Source: Haliotis cracherodii
Lineage: Eukaryota
Direction of reading: 5' to 3'
Assembly: GCF_022045235.1 (NCBI RefSeq)
Contig: NW_027266330.1
Location: 34,224,001-34,288,000 of the forward strand
DNA: 64,000 bases
Part shown: piece after piece, positions 37,790 to 50,015 of the stretch
Layout: each line of letters starts with the position of its first letter
Position numbering within the stretch: position 1 is the first letter of the stretch
Program-made: the position numbers and the translations under genes
The notes under the pieces: model-generated
The model's database searches: none
What the model saw: the letters and a program-made list of their open reading frames with translations, nothing else
What the model was told of the DNA's origin: nothing

Positions 37790-38392
37790 GCTTACCGCGA
37801 CCAGGTACTGGCACCAGAATTTCTGCCTTTTATGGCAGCACATGGACCCGGTTTGATCTTCCAACACGACAATGCCAGACCCTACACAGCAATTTTGACA
37901 AGAAATTTCCTTCAGAATGCGGGAGTCAACGTCATGGACTGGCCATCAAGGTCTCCCGACCTCAATCCCATCGAACACGTCTGGGATGCTCTTGGCAGAA
38001 GTCTGCGCACTCTCCAGAACCAACCACAGTATTTGCAAGATCTTGGCACCATTTTGCAGCAACAATGGCGTCGTCTTCCCAATCATGTGTTCACAAGCAT
38101 CACAAGGTCCATGCGGAGGCGTTGTGTGGCAGTTGTCAACGCACATGGTGGCCATACACTCTACTGAACTTGTGTGCCATCAGATTCTCGTGCTTGGGAC
38201 TTATGATTTAAACTGTTGATGTTATTACCGAATACCGTAGGTGCTTGGAACAAATTATGGCTACCACCGTTAATTAAAATCCTTCTTTGGACATTAATGA
38301 TTAAAAATTACCTTCTCTGATACATTTGTCCGTTGTATATCATATAAGGGATTACTTTTAAAAATGTGAAGTTTTTAATTTGACTCAGTATA
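37790..38392 (+). mobile_element. Tc1/mariner 3' fragment (transposase C-terminus plus 3' flank)
   Basis: FQHDNARPY...WPSRSPDLNPIEHVWD...GGHTLY* in ORF 37832-38167. 5'-truncated; the right end is approximate. Confidence 0.85.
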
Positions 38393-38938
38393 TTATATTT
38401 TCCTATAACCTCACTTTTTCCGTGACTGCGAAACATAGGGTTTCACTCGAGACGTGGGCAGAGAAACGATAGTTTCATTTTCACAGCTATACAGGCTTAT
38501 TTAAATGTCATGAGTCAATCATAAGCGGGCATCAGTCAAAACGTTTCACATAGTCCAATAATAATAGTGAACACATGTTTGACGCGTGTGTGAGTTCGGA
38601 TTTAACGCATCTATTTCAACCTCCGCCCATACTGCAAAACTGTACCAGTACTCGCCTTTCACACTACAGAAAGTGGTATATCACAATTTAGCATTTTGTA
38701 TTAGTCTAAAAACGACAAAAAATATATATAGGAAGCGGGCTGTAAATAATCAAGCCTGGACCAGACCAACAAGTGATTGATATTGTTACGATGACACGTA
38801 ATCAACAAAGTCATGATCACCTAGTCTGACAACCCGATCAACTAAGTCACCTCGTACGACAAACATGGGTTGGTTATTTGTTGTTTAACGCCGCACTCAG
38901 CAATATTCCAGCTATATGACGGCGGTCTGTAAATTATC

Positions 38939-40244
38939 TCGGCTTGGACATCGCTCAGTGCGCACGCGTCCTTCCCTGCCCTCCAGCTCATAAGCCCTAA
39001 TGAGAGACATCGCCTTGCCCCTCCCAGGGAGCTTGTCTCCATCCTGGAGCCCTTGTTGGCCTTCCGGGTTGGGGATTACTCCCTCAGGACTTCCTACAAG
39101 TCCAACACCTCCACGCTCTCCATCTCCTTCGACTTAGGTCAAAGGAAGAGGCCTCTGGTCAAGGCTCCGGCCAAGACCAAGCCTCGAGCGGTACCCACCT
39201 CGGCCCCAGCTCCTCCTGCACCCAGCCCGGTGCAGAAGAACAGGCCCCCACGGGAAAAGACCCCTCCTCCTGTCCTCGACATGGAGATAGAGGCTTCCCC
39301 CCTCCAACCCCCCCCCCCCCCCCCACCACCACCCCACCACCCCGCCTCCCCCGGCAGCAGAGGGGAGGAGCCCTTCCGCTCGCCCGAGGGCACAGGCTAC
39401 GGGAGAAAGAAGAGGAAGAGGAGAGACATCCCCTCATCTGAACCTTCCCCCCGGCCAGCCACCACCACGTCTATGGAATGCCAGACGCCCACACCAACTC
39501 CACCTTCTCTAGCAGACAGCTTCGCCCAAACAGCCACTCATTAACTACCCTGTATGAACACGAGCCATACCCAGACCACCCCGGTCGAGTACCCCACAGG
39601 GGGACAAGGGTTTCAGGAAAGGGCACTAGCGAAGGCGGAGTCAGTACTTCAGTACTACGAGGAACACCCCGACCTCCACACGTTTGTCCTTACCGACACG
39701 GAAAAGGTACACGCTGCGGAAGGGGTCCCACTCGACGTGCACCAGGAACTAGGAGATGAGGAGTTCGAGCATGACATCCACAGTATCACGGACCTATCTG
39801 ACTTCTTCCTGGATGCGGACTTCAAGACAAATAGGCACTTCATCGCCAAGTCCGCAGCCATGCTCACCAAGAGTGTTTACAAGCCTACTACCCCCACGGA
39901 AGAAAGACTCACCATGAGACTCCTTGCGGGCCACCGCTAGTAGTCTTCCAGCCAACGCTCGCCAGCCGACGCCGTGCCTTCCAACGCTTGACCCCAGCCC
40001 CCCTCCAAACCATGCCCAAACTTTCCATATTATTGAAATTTTCTTTTATCACCCACCCCCACCCAGCTAACCCCCTCCCCCCGCAGCTTTATTAGATTAG
40101 TACTGTAAAAGTTACATTTTTTGGGGTAGCACTTCTTTATTTATTTATTAAGCTTTTTTTACCCCAATAGTATAAGTGCAACCCCGTGTGCGACATACGC
40201 TTGAGTCGGAAAGCGCACGTTAAATCTCCAATGTTATGATGATG
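38939..40244 (+). mobile_element. GC-rich, 5'-truncated retroposed insertion with a decayed ORF, nested in a SINE
   Basis: Splits a SINE-A copy. ATTATC is duplicated at 38933-38938 and 40245-40250. It ends in a (TGA)n tail, and frame 38939-39940 is open except for one TAA at 39542. Confidence 0.7.
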
Positions 40245-41354
40245 ATTATCGAATCTGGACCAGACAATTCAGTGATTGTTATCGTGAGCATGGATCTATC
40301 CAATTGGGAGACGATGACATGCGTCAAACCAAGTCAGCGAGCCTGACCACCCGATCCCGTTAGTCGCCTCTTACAACAGGCATAGTCGCCTTTTACGGTA
40401 AGCATGGTTGCTGAAGGCCTATTCTACACCGGATCTTTACGGGTAGACAGATAATGAGAACCATAGTCACCTTCAAACATGATTTTGTCTTTTAGACCAG
40501 GAAGAATAATTGTGGGATGGTTTTTCTCAAATTCTAGTCTTCCCCGGATCTTCACGGGGCCACCTTGGCCTGAAGTCAATGTGTCGGGTGGATCCATGAA
40601 CAAAAGCATCCTTACACAAGTGTATTATCAACTACTGGCGTCTTAACGGATCGTTTAATGTCATTATTTTCCGTACGAAGTCTTCTATTGTTGCCTATAA
40701 TACATTACTGTTAGCTATAGGGGCGCCTGAGTAGTGGCCGAAGCGATAAGTCACTTTACCGAAGACCCAGGGTCTATACCCCAAAACAGTACAACGTGTG
40801 AGGCCCGTTGTTGGTGCTCCCCTGTCCTGATATGGCTGCACTATTTGAAAAAACTCAACAGATCAGTCACAGATCTGTTCTTTTTAAAGCTAACACGCTG
40901 AAGGATATCAAGCTAGAAACAAATAAGTACAACTTGCCAAAATGTCTATAAATGAAATGCACAACAAATAGAACAAGGACATATACGTATATAATATATT
41001 CTCTCTTGAAATCTTTGGACTTTGATTATAATGACAGTATAGTGATTGTTGTTCTACTAAGTGTACTTCCTGGTGCCTGGTGACAATCATGCTGCGTGAT
41101 CAACACGCAGCTTGCAACACTGTCGCGTACAGAAATAGACTGGGGCCGTGTGACAACTTCCTGATTGGTTAATAATGGTTTTTTTCCCAACCTATTATGA
41201 TAATAGTTGATAGTAATAATATCTCACGACTTAATAAACCTTTACACCACGGGGGTAGGCCCGTGGGAAGTGACAAATGACAGGGTAGCCTTGTGAGTCG
41301 TGACGGGTGTTTGGGTAGACCCATGATGATGTGGCATGTGAATAGGAAGTAACG

Positions 41355-44300
41355 TGACGGGGGGTTGTGTTGTCCTGTGGGCAGTGACGGGAGGTTGTGT
41401 TGTCCTGTGGGTAGTGACGGGAGGTTGTGTTGTCCTTTGGGTAGCGACGGGAGGTTGTGTTGTACTGTTGGTGGTGACAGGAGGCTGTGTTGCCCTGTGG
41501 GCAGTGACGGGAGGTTGTGTTGTCCCGTGGGTAGTGACGGGAGGTTGTGTTGCCCTGTGGGTAGTGACGGGAGGCTGTGTTGTCCTGTGGGTAGTGACGG
41601 GAGGTTGTGTTGCCCTGTGGGTAGTGACGGGAGGCTGTGTTGCCCTGTGGGCAGTGAAGGAAGGCTGTGTTGCCCTGTGGGCAGTGACGGAAGGTTGTGT
41701 TGTCCTGCTGGCAGTGACGGGATGTTATGTTGTCTGGTGGGTAGTGACGGGAGGTTGTGTTGCCATGTGGGCAGTGACGGGAGGTCGTGTTGTTCTGTGG
41801 GTAGTGACGGGAGGTTGTGTTGTCCTGTTGGTGGTGACGGGAGGCTGTGTTGCCATGTGGGCAATGCCGGGATGTTATGTTGTCTGGTGGGTAGTGACGG
41901 GAGGTTGTGTTGTCTTATGGGTTGTGACGGGATGTTTTGTTGTCTTATGGGTTGTGACGGGAGGTTGTGTTACCCTGTGGGTAGTGACAGGAGGCTGTGT
42001 TGCCCTGTGGGTAGTGACGGGAGGCTATGTTGCTCTGTGGGCAGTGAAGGAAGGTTGTGTTGCCCTGTGGGTAGTGACGGGAGGTTGTGTTGTCCTGTGG
42101 GTAGTAACGGGAGGTTGTGTTGTCCTGTGGGTAGTGACGGGAGGTTGTGTTGTCCTGTGGGTAGTGAAGGAAGGTTGTGTTGTCTGGTGGGAATTGACAG
42201 AAGGATGTGTTGCGCTGTGGGTACTGAAGCAAGGCTGTGTTGTCTTGTGGGTAGTGACAGGAGGTTTTGTTGTCCTATGTGTTGTGACGGGAGGTTGTGT
42301 TGTCCTGTGGGTTGTGACGGGAGGTTGTGTTGTCCTGTGGGTTGTGACGGGAGGTTGTGTTGTCCTGTGGGTTGTGACGGGAGGTTGTGTTGTCCTGTGG
42401 GTTGTGACGGGAGGTTGTGTTGTCCTGTGGGTTGTGACGGGAGGTTGTGTTGTCCCGTGGGTAGTGACGGGAGGTTGTGTTGCCCTGTGGGTAGTGACGG
42501 GAGGCTGTGTTGTCCTGTGGGTAGTGACGGGAGGTTGTGTTGCCCTGTGGGTAGTGACGGGAGGCTGTGTTGCCCTGTGGGCAGTGAAGGAAGGCTGTGT
42601 TGCCCTGTGGGCAGTGATGGAAGGTTGTGTTGTCCTGTTGGCAGTGACGGGATGTTATGTTGTCTGGTGGGTAGTGACGGGAGGTTATGTTGCCATGTGG
42701 GCAGTGACGGGAGGTCGTGTTGTTCTGTGGGTAGTGACGGGAGGTTGTGTTGTCCTGTTGGTGGTGACGGGAGGCTGTGTTGCCATGTGGGCAGTGCCGG
42801 GATGTTATGTTGTCTGGTGGGTAGTGACGGGAGGTTGTGTTGTCTTGTGGGTTGTGACGGGATGTTTTGTTGTCTTATGGGTTGTGACGGGAGGTTGTGT
42901 TACCCTGTGGGTAGTGACGGGAGGCTGTGTTGCCCTGTGGGTAGTGACGGGAGGCTATGTTGCCCTGTGGGCAGTGAAGGAAGGTTGTGTTGCCCTGTGG
43001 GTAGTGACGGGAGGTTGTGTTGTCCTGTGGGTAGTGACGGGAGTTTGTGTTGTCCTGTGGGTAGTGAAGGAAGGTTGTGTTGTCTGGTGGGTTGTGACGG
43101 GAGGTTGTGTTGCCCTGTGGGTAGTGACGGGAGGTTGTGTTGCCCTGTAGGTAGTGACGGGAGGCTGTGTTGCCCTGTGGGCAGTGCCTGGATGTTATGT
43201 TGTCTGGTGGTTAGTGACGGGAGGTCGTGTTGTTCTGTGGGTAGTGACGGGAGGTTGTGTTGTCCTGTTGGTGGTGACGGGAGGCTGTGTTGCCATGTGG
43301 GCAGTGCCGGGATGTGGGCAGTGCCGGGATGTTATGTTGTCTGGTGGGTAGTGACGGGAGGTTGTGTTGTCTTGTGGGTTGTGACGGGATGTTTTGTTGT
43401 CTTATGGGTTGTGACGGGAGGTTGTGTTACCCTGTGGGTAGTGACGGGAGGTTGTGTTGCCCTGTGGGTAGTGACGGGAGGCTATGTTGCCCTGTGGGCA
43501 GTGAAGGAAGGTTGTGTTGCCCTGTGGGTAGTGACGGGAGGTTGTGTTGTCCTGTGGGTAGTGACGGGAGTTTGTGTTGTCCTGTGGGTAGTGAAGGAAG
43601 GTTGTGTTGTCTGGTGGGTTGTGACGGGAGGTTGTGTTGCCCTGTGGGTAGTGACGGGAGGTTGTGTTGCCCTGTGGGTAGTGACGGGAGGCTGTGTTGC
43701 CCTGTGGGCAGTGCCTGGATGTTATGTTGTCTGGTGGTTAGTGACGGGAGGTTGTGTTGTCTTATGGGTTGTGACGGGATGTTTTGTTGTCTTATGGGTT
43801 GTGACGGGAGGTTGTGTTACCCTGTGGGTAGTGACGGGAGGCTGTGTTGCCCTGTGGGTAGTGACGGGAAGCTATGTTGCCCTGTGGGCAGTGAAGGAAG
43901 GTTGTGTTGCCCTTTGGGTAGTGACGGGAGGTTGTGTTGTCCTGTGGGTAGTGACGGGAGGTTGTGTTGTCCTGTGGGTAGTGAAGGAAGGTTGTGTTGT
44001 CTGGTGGGAATTGACAGGAGGATGTGTTGCTCTGTGGGTAGTGAAGCAAGGCTGTGTTGTCTTATGGGTAGTGACAGGAGGTTTTGTTGTCCTATGTGTT
44101 GTGACGGGAGGCTGTGTTGCCCTGTGGGTAGTGACGAAAGGTTGTGTTGCCCTGTGGGTAGTGACGGGAGGATGTGTTGTCCTGTGGGTAGTGACGGGAG
44201 GTTGTGTTTTCCTATGGGTAGTGACGGGAAGCTATGTTGCCCTGTGGGTAGTGACGGGAGGTTGTGTTGTCCTGTGGGTTGTGACGGGAGGTTGTGTTAC

Positions 44301-46352
44301 CCTGTGGGTAGTGACGAAAGGTTGTGTTGCCCTGTGGGTAGTGACGGGAGGATGTGTTGTCCTGTGGGTACTGACGGGAGGTTGTGTTTTCCTATGGGTA
44401 GTGACGGGAGGATGTGTTGTCCTGTGGGTAGTGACGGGAGGTTGTGTTGTCCTGAGGTAGTGACGGGAGGTTGTGTTGTCCTGTGGGTAGTGAAGGAAGG
44501 TTGTGTTGTCTGGTGGGTAGTGACGGGAGGTTGTTTTACCCTGTGTGTTGTGACGGGAGGTTGTGTTACCCTGTGGGTAGTGACGGGAGGTTGTGTTGTC
44601 CCGTGGGTAGTGACGGGAGGTTGTGTTGCCCTGTGGGTAGTGACGGGAGGCTGTGTTGTCCTGTGGGTAGTGACGGGAGGTTGTGTTGCCCTGTGGGTAG
44701 TGACGGGAGGCTGTGTTGCCCTGTGGGCAGTGAAGGAAGGCTGTGTTGCCCTGTGGGCAGTGACGGAAGGCTGCGTGTCCTGTTGGCAGTGACGGGATGT
44801 TATGTTTTCTGGTGGGTAGTGACGGGAGGTTGTGTTGCCATGTGGGCAGTGACGGGAGGTCGTGTTGTTCTGTGGGTAGTGACGGGAGGTTGTGTTGGCC
44901 TGTTGGTGGTGACGGGAGGCTGTGTTGCCATGTAGGCAGTGCCGGGATGTTATGTTGTCTGGTGGGTAGTGATGGGAGGTTGTGTTGTCTTGTGGGTTGT
45001 GACGGGATGTTTTGTTGTCTTATGGGTTGTGACGGGAGGTTGTGTTACCCTGTGGGTAGTGACGGGAGGCTGTTTTGCCATGTGGGCAGTGACGGAAGGT
45101 TGTGTTGTCCTGTTGGCAGTGCCGGGATGTTATGTTGTCTGGTTGGTAGTGACGGGAGGTTGTGTTGCCATGTGGGCAGTGACAGGAGGTCGTGTTGTTC
45201 TGTGGGTAGCGACGGGAGGTTGTGTTGTTCTGTTGGTGGTGACGGGAGGTTGTGTTGCCCTGTGGGCATTGCCGGGATGTTATGTTGTCTTGTGGGTAGT
45301 GACGGGAGATTGTGTTGCCCTGTGGGTAGTGACGGGAGGCTGTGTTGCCCTGTGGGCAGTGACAGAAGGTTGTGTTGTCCTGTGGATGGTGACAGGAGGT
45401 TGTGTTGCCCTGTGGGCAGTGCCGGGATGTTATGTTGTCTGGTGTTTAGTGACGGGAGGTTGTGTTGTCTTATGGGTTGTGACGGGATGTTTTGTTGTCT
45501 TATGGGTTGTGACGGGAGGTTGTGTTACCCTGTGGGTAGTGACGGGAGGCTGTGTTGCCCTGTGGGTAGTGACGGGAGGCTATGTTGCCCTGTGGGCAGT
45601 GAAGGAAGGTTGTGTTGCCCTGTGGGTAGTGACGGGAGGTTGTGTTGTCCTGTGGGTAGTAACGGGAGGTTGTGTTGCCCTGTGGGTAGTGACGGGAGCC
45701 TGTGTTGCCCTGTGGGCAGTGACAGAAGGTTGTGTTGTCCTGTGGGTGGTGACGGGAGGTTGTGTTGTCCTGTGGGTAGTGAAGGAAGGTTGTGTTGTCT
45801 GGTGGGTAGTGACGGGAGGTTGTGTTGTCCTGTGGGTAGTGAAGGAAGGTTGTGTTGTCCTGTGGGTAGTGACGGGAGGATGTGTTGTCCTGTGGGTAGT
45901 GAAGCAAGGATGTGTTGTCTTGTGGGTAGTGACAGGAGGTTTTGTTGTCCTATGGGTTGTGACGGGAGGTTGTGTTGTCCTGTGGGTAGTGAAGGGAGGT
46001 TTTGTTGTCTTGTGGGTAGTGACGGGAGGTTTTGTTGTCCTATGGGTTGTGACGGGAGGTTGTGTTACCCTGTGGGTAGTGACGAAAGGTTGTGTTGCCC
46101 TGTGGGTAGTGACGGGATGATGTGTTGTCCTGTTGGTAGTGACGGGAGGATGTGTTGTCCTTTGGGTAGTGACGGGAGGTTGTGTTGTCCTGAGGTAGTG
46201 ACGGGAGGTTGTGTTGTCCTGTGGGTAGTGAAGGAAGGTTGTGTTGTCTGGTGGGTAGTGACGGAAGGTTGTTTTACCCTGTGGGTAGTGACGGGAGGTT
46301 GTGTTACCCTGTGGGTAGTGACGGGAGGTTGTGTTGTCTGAGGGTAGTGACG
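41355..46352. repeat. 30-bp minisatellite, ~5 kb (~165 units)
   Basis: Unit GTAGTGACGGGAGGTTGTGTTGTCCTGTGG with variant units and block duplications. Confidence 0.97.
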
Positions 46353-49339
46353 GGCTGTCAGGTTCACAACAATGTCAAAATCTTTTACTAATAATAATTG
46401 CCCCTAGGACTAATGAGTTTTATGACGCTCCTCCCTCCCATCCCCCTATATCGGCGTAAGCGTTGTGTAGGATTGCGAGTTGTATCCCTGAAGTTTGAAC
46501 ATACTCTGTACTGTTGGATGTTTTTCGACAATCCCATGTTCATTTTATTCATAATACCGCCCCTGAATCTTTATAACTGAAACTTTAAAATGACGTCATA
46601 TTATAAGTACAGAACAATGAACCAGAACCAATAACAAATTAATGACTGTCAGCTACTGTTTGTATTGTTTGCATTGTCCAAAAATATATTTTGTCGGTCA
46701 TCGTGCAGATTTAGACTTGACGCCGAATAGAGCATTGTCGAATTACGAATGACAACACTGTTGATGTTAATATTAATACATGTTAACTTTGCAGACAAAA
46801 ACATACACGAACACTATATGTGTTTTCAGTTATACTTTTATCAAAATCAAGGAAATGTTTGCCTGTGCCAATACTAATTGGAGACATCAATGTCTTCATG
46901 GAGGAGCGGATGAAGTGATACCTCAGGATGTCATTAACTTCCCCATAGTTATTACTCCTTTCATTTTCTCGTCGACTGTAACTTGTGCTTATTTCATGGT
47001 CGCATTGGGACCAATGACTTTACCAATGTTATTCCACAAGGCAAATCTGGGATTGATCATGTTATGATCAGCTCCCAATTGTCAAAACCTTTATGCAGAT
47101 GCCGGATCTGTTGTGATCAACAAATATAGCGTTGATGTAACCTTGTTGTACCTGGACACCCACTGCTGACGTGGACCGGGCGCATGTCGGGCTTTCCGGG
47201 CAACATTAATGTTGCAGCTGCTGACTCCTACCCTGTTAACTCAGATAAGCGCATCAAATCTGGTTTCCAAACAGAATTGTTCCCTCAGGAATTCCCACAG
47301 CGGGATGAGTGAGTGAATGAGCTGGGTTTAACGCCGCTTTTAACAGTATTCCAGTTATATCGCGGCGTGTCAGCTTAATGTAGAGGGAAAGCCCGAAGTG
47401 ATGCAGGTCTCAGACGTTTGCCACTTCGGTGAAACCCACGTGTACGGGTATGGTGCTGACAAACCGGGGCGAACCGGGAATCGAACCCACAGCCATAGGT
47501 TTCTGGCGAGCCCAAGATACGCAACTCTGCACAGCGAATCGCGGTGCCTTAGACGACTGGGCCACCCGTGCCCAGCTCCAAGACAAGAGGGTTGAAGTTA
47601 TAAGGTTTAAACATGATGGTTTACATTTAAAGGATCTAATCCAGTTAACAAACTGTTAATATATCATTTTCAGACTGTCAGGAATGAATTTTATCTTTTG
47701 CACAAGAAACACAAGAGTCAACACCGACTAGACAACAGGAGGCCCTGTCTGAACACAGTATCGACCTGTGCAGGTCATTGGTGTTGATGGAAGTATAATT
47801 TCAAGAAGACGAAGTGATGGCGAAATAGAAAAAGGAAAATTATTATTATCAGGAAATTAATAATTCAATAAACTTAACCCTTGTGAAATCGGAACAACAT
47901 ACATGTAGAATGGAATCTAATAGCGTTACAGATTTTGAACACGACTGTTTACATATCCCGATAACCTTGCCGAAGTTGTGCAAGCTGTGGCTGGGGTAAA
48001 GAATCACAAGGTTGGTCTGTTCTACCACGTTCGCTATCAGTGTGCAATGTGCAGGGTAAGGCTTCTATAGCTTAGTTCATAGGCCACCACATGACCCTCG
48101 TATCATGATGACGCACAAAGTTGACGTTTTCCCGTTTTTAAATTCTTCAGGATTCGGCTTGACTCTGTCCAGACTTGTGCATACTGCTTTTACCTGTTTC
48201 ATCCTGGTTTCAAATTCTTCAGGATTCGGTTTAACCTTGTCCAGACGTGAGCATATTTAAACACTTCCATGTGAGGAATTGTTATTCTGGGTCGTCGTGG
48301 ACACTCCAGAAACCTATGATCGAATCCCCGTTTGTCCCGATTATGTTTCTAGGTTTGTCAGCACCATATGCATGGCCATACCGGTGCTCGTGGGTGTCGC
48401 CAAAGCGATTAGCGTCTACGACCTGCATCACGTCGGGGTTTTCCCCAACATTAAGTCGTGATATAACTGGAATACTATTCAAAGCGCGTTAAACCCAACT
48501 CATTCATGATCATTATTACTCTCGGACAGCAGGTAAATTTCACCATATCGTTTAGAGAGTTGAACTGAACACAAAACTGTTGGTAGAATTACTCATTGTT
48601 TTTATAATGTACACACGTTCATTTTACATGACATAATATTCCCCGAATATTTAGAGGTCGGACTCTCAACGAGGGAGTGAGTTAGCGAGTGAGTTGCGTT
48701 TATGCCGCTTGGAACAGTATCGAAAACCTTCGAGTTCTTGTTATTGACAAACCAAGAATCAAGGATTCAATCCCACGATCATCGGCTTCTTGCTCGATTG
48801 CGGGACACAGGTCAGCTCATCTTGAACGACTGGGCCACCTGTGCGTCTCAAGTATGGTCATTTATGCAACTCAAAGTGGGAATATAGGATCAAACACACG
48901 CAATCAGATTTATGAAATTATATTTCTGCCGTTAAGTCAACCATCCAGCTTCAGTCTTGGAAGACTGAGACTCAATGGCGCGCCACCCGATGGAGTGGGA
49001 TGGTGCTTACATTATCAGTCACCATATACGCGGAGCCAAGAGGTTNNNNNNNNNNNNNNNNNNNNNNNNNNNNNNNNNNNNNNNNNNNNNNNNNNNNNNN
49101 NNNNNNNNNNNNNNNNNNNNNNNNNNNNNNNNNNNNNNNNNNNNNNNNNNNNNNNNNNNNNNNNNNNNNNNNNNNNNNNNNNNNNNNNNNNNNNNNNNNN
49201 NNNNNNNNNNNNNNNNNNNNNNNNNNNNNNNNNNNNNNNTATTCCCAGGCCGCAGTTATACCCGGATAATTTTGATTATCTATACGCCAAAGACTTAAGG
49301 ATATTTATTTACAAAAATGGTGATCGCATGTTTTAACTT

Positions 49340-49700
49340 CAGAAAAATGCAATTATTATAAGCTTTTTAAGACAACTATTTCCCCAGAATACTATTTGTT
49401 TGATATAAATTTGTAATGATTTAGAATCAATTCAGCACAATTAAGATGCAGATCTCATAGACTTAGGATAGAAGTAGGCAGACATAGAAACAGAGCCAGA
49501 GAATTGAGAATATGTTAACAATGTGGTTTAAATGTGATTGAAGATGAGTTTCATTTCTGTTAGTCCGTCCAAAATACGACCGTCTAAGAAGTATTGAACT
49601 GCCTTTTATGTACATCCCACTCAACAAACATTTATATCGATTATGTCACCAACTGATAAAGATAATCTAAAAAACTATCAATGTTCATTTATAATGCTAT
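49340..49700 (+). mobile_element. Non-LTR retrotransposon ORF2 C-terminal relic
   Basis: Translates as LRCRSHRLRIEVGRH..R..RIC*QCGLNVIEDEFHF, the typical LINE C-terminal CCHC region. It contains a stop and a frameshift. Confidence 0.7.
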
Positions 49701-49828
49701 GTTAATTAGAATAACTATCAATGTTAATTTATAATGCTATGTTAATTAGAATAACTATCAATGTTCATTCACGCTATGTTAATTAGAAAAACTATCAATG
49801 TTCATTCACGCTATGTTAATTAGAATAT
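49668..49828. repeat. ~38-bp tandem repeat (~4 units) downstream of G5
   Basis: AACTATCAATGTTCATT...GCTATGTTAATTAGAAT repeated. Confidence 0.85.
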
Positions 49829-50015
49829 GACCTGTTATACATATCTGCAACCATTCCCGAAAACAGAATTGTACTGCAGGCCTGAGGCCTTTTAGTATGG
49901 AATAAAACTTGGAATGTGTTGAGTGCGGCGTTAACAACGACCAATCAAACACTCTTGACATATATGCATCTTTATCGATGGATAAGTGGCACACTGAAGG
50001 GAATGACGAATCACT

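Noticed and set aside
41354-46341. Long Cys-rich or Val-rich ORFs of up to 1031 aa, with a Kazal-like 'PVGSDG' look
   Set aside because: These are translations of a 30-bp minisatellite open in several overlapping frames, with frame-breaking indels and no Kazal cysteine spacing.
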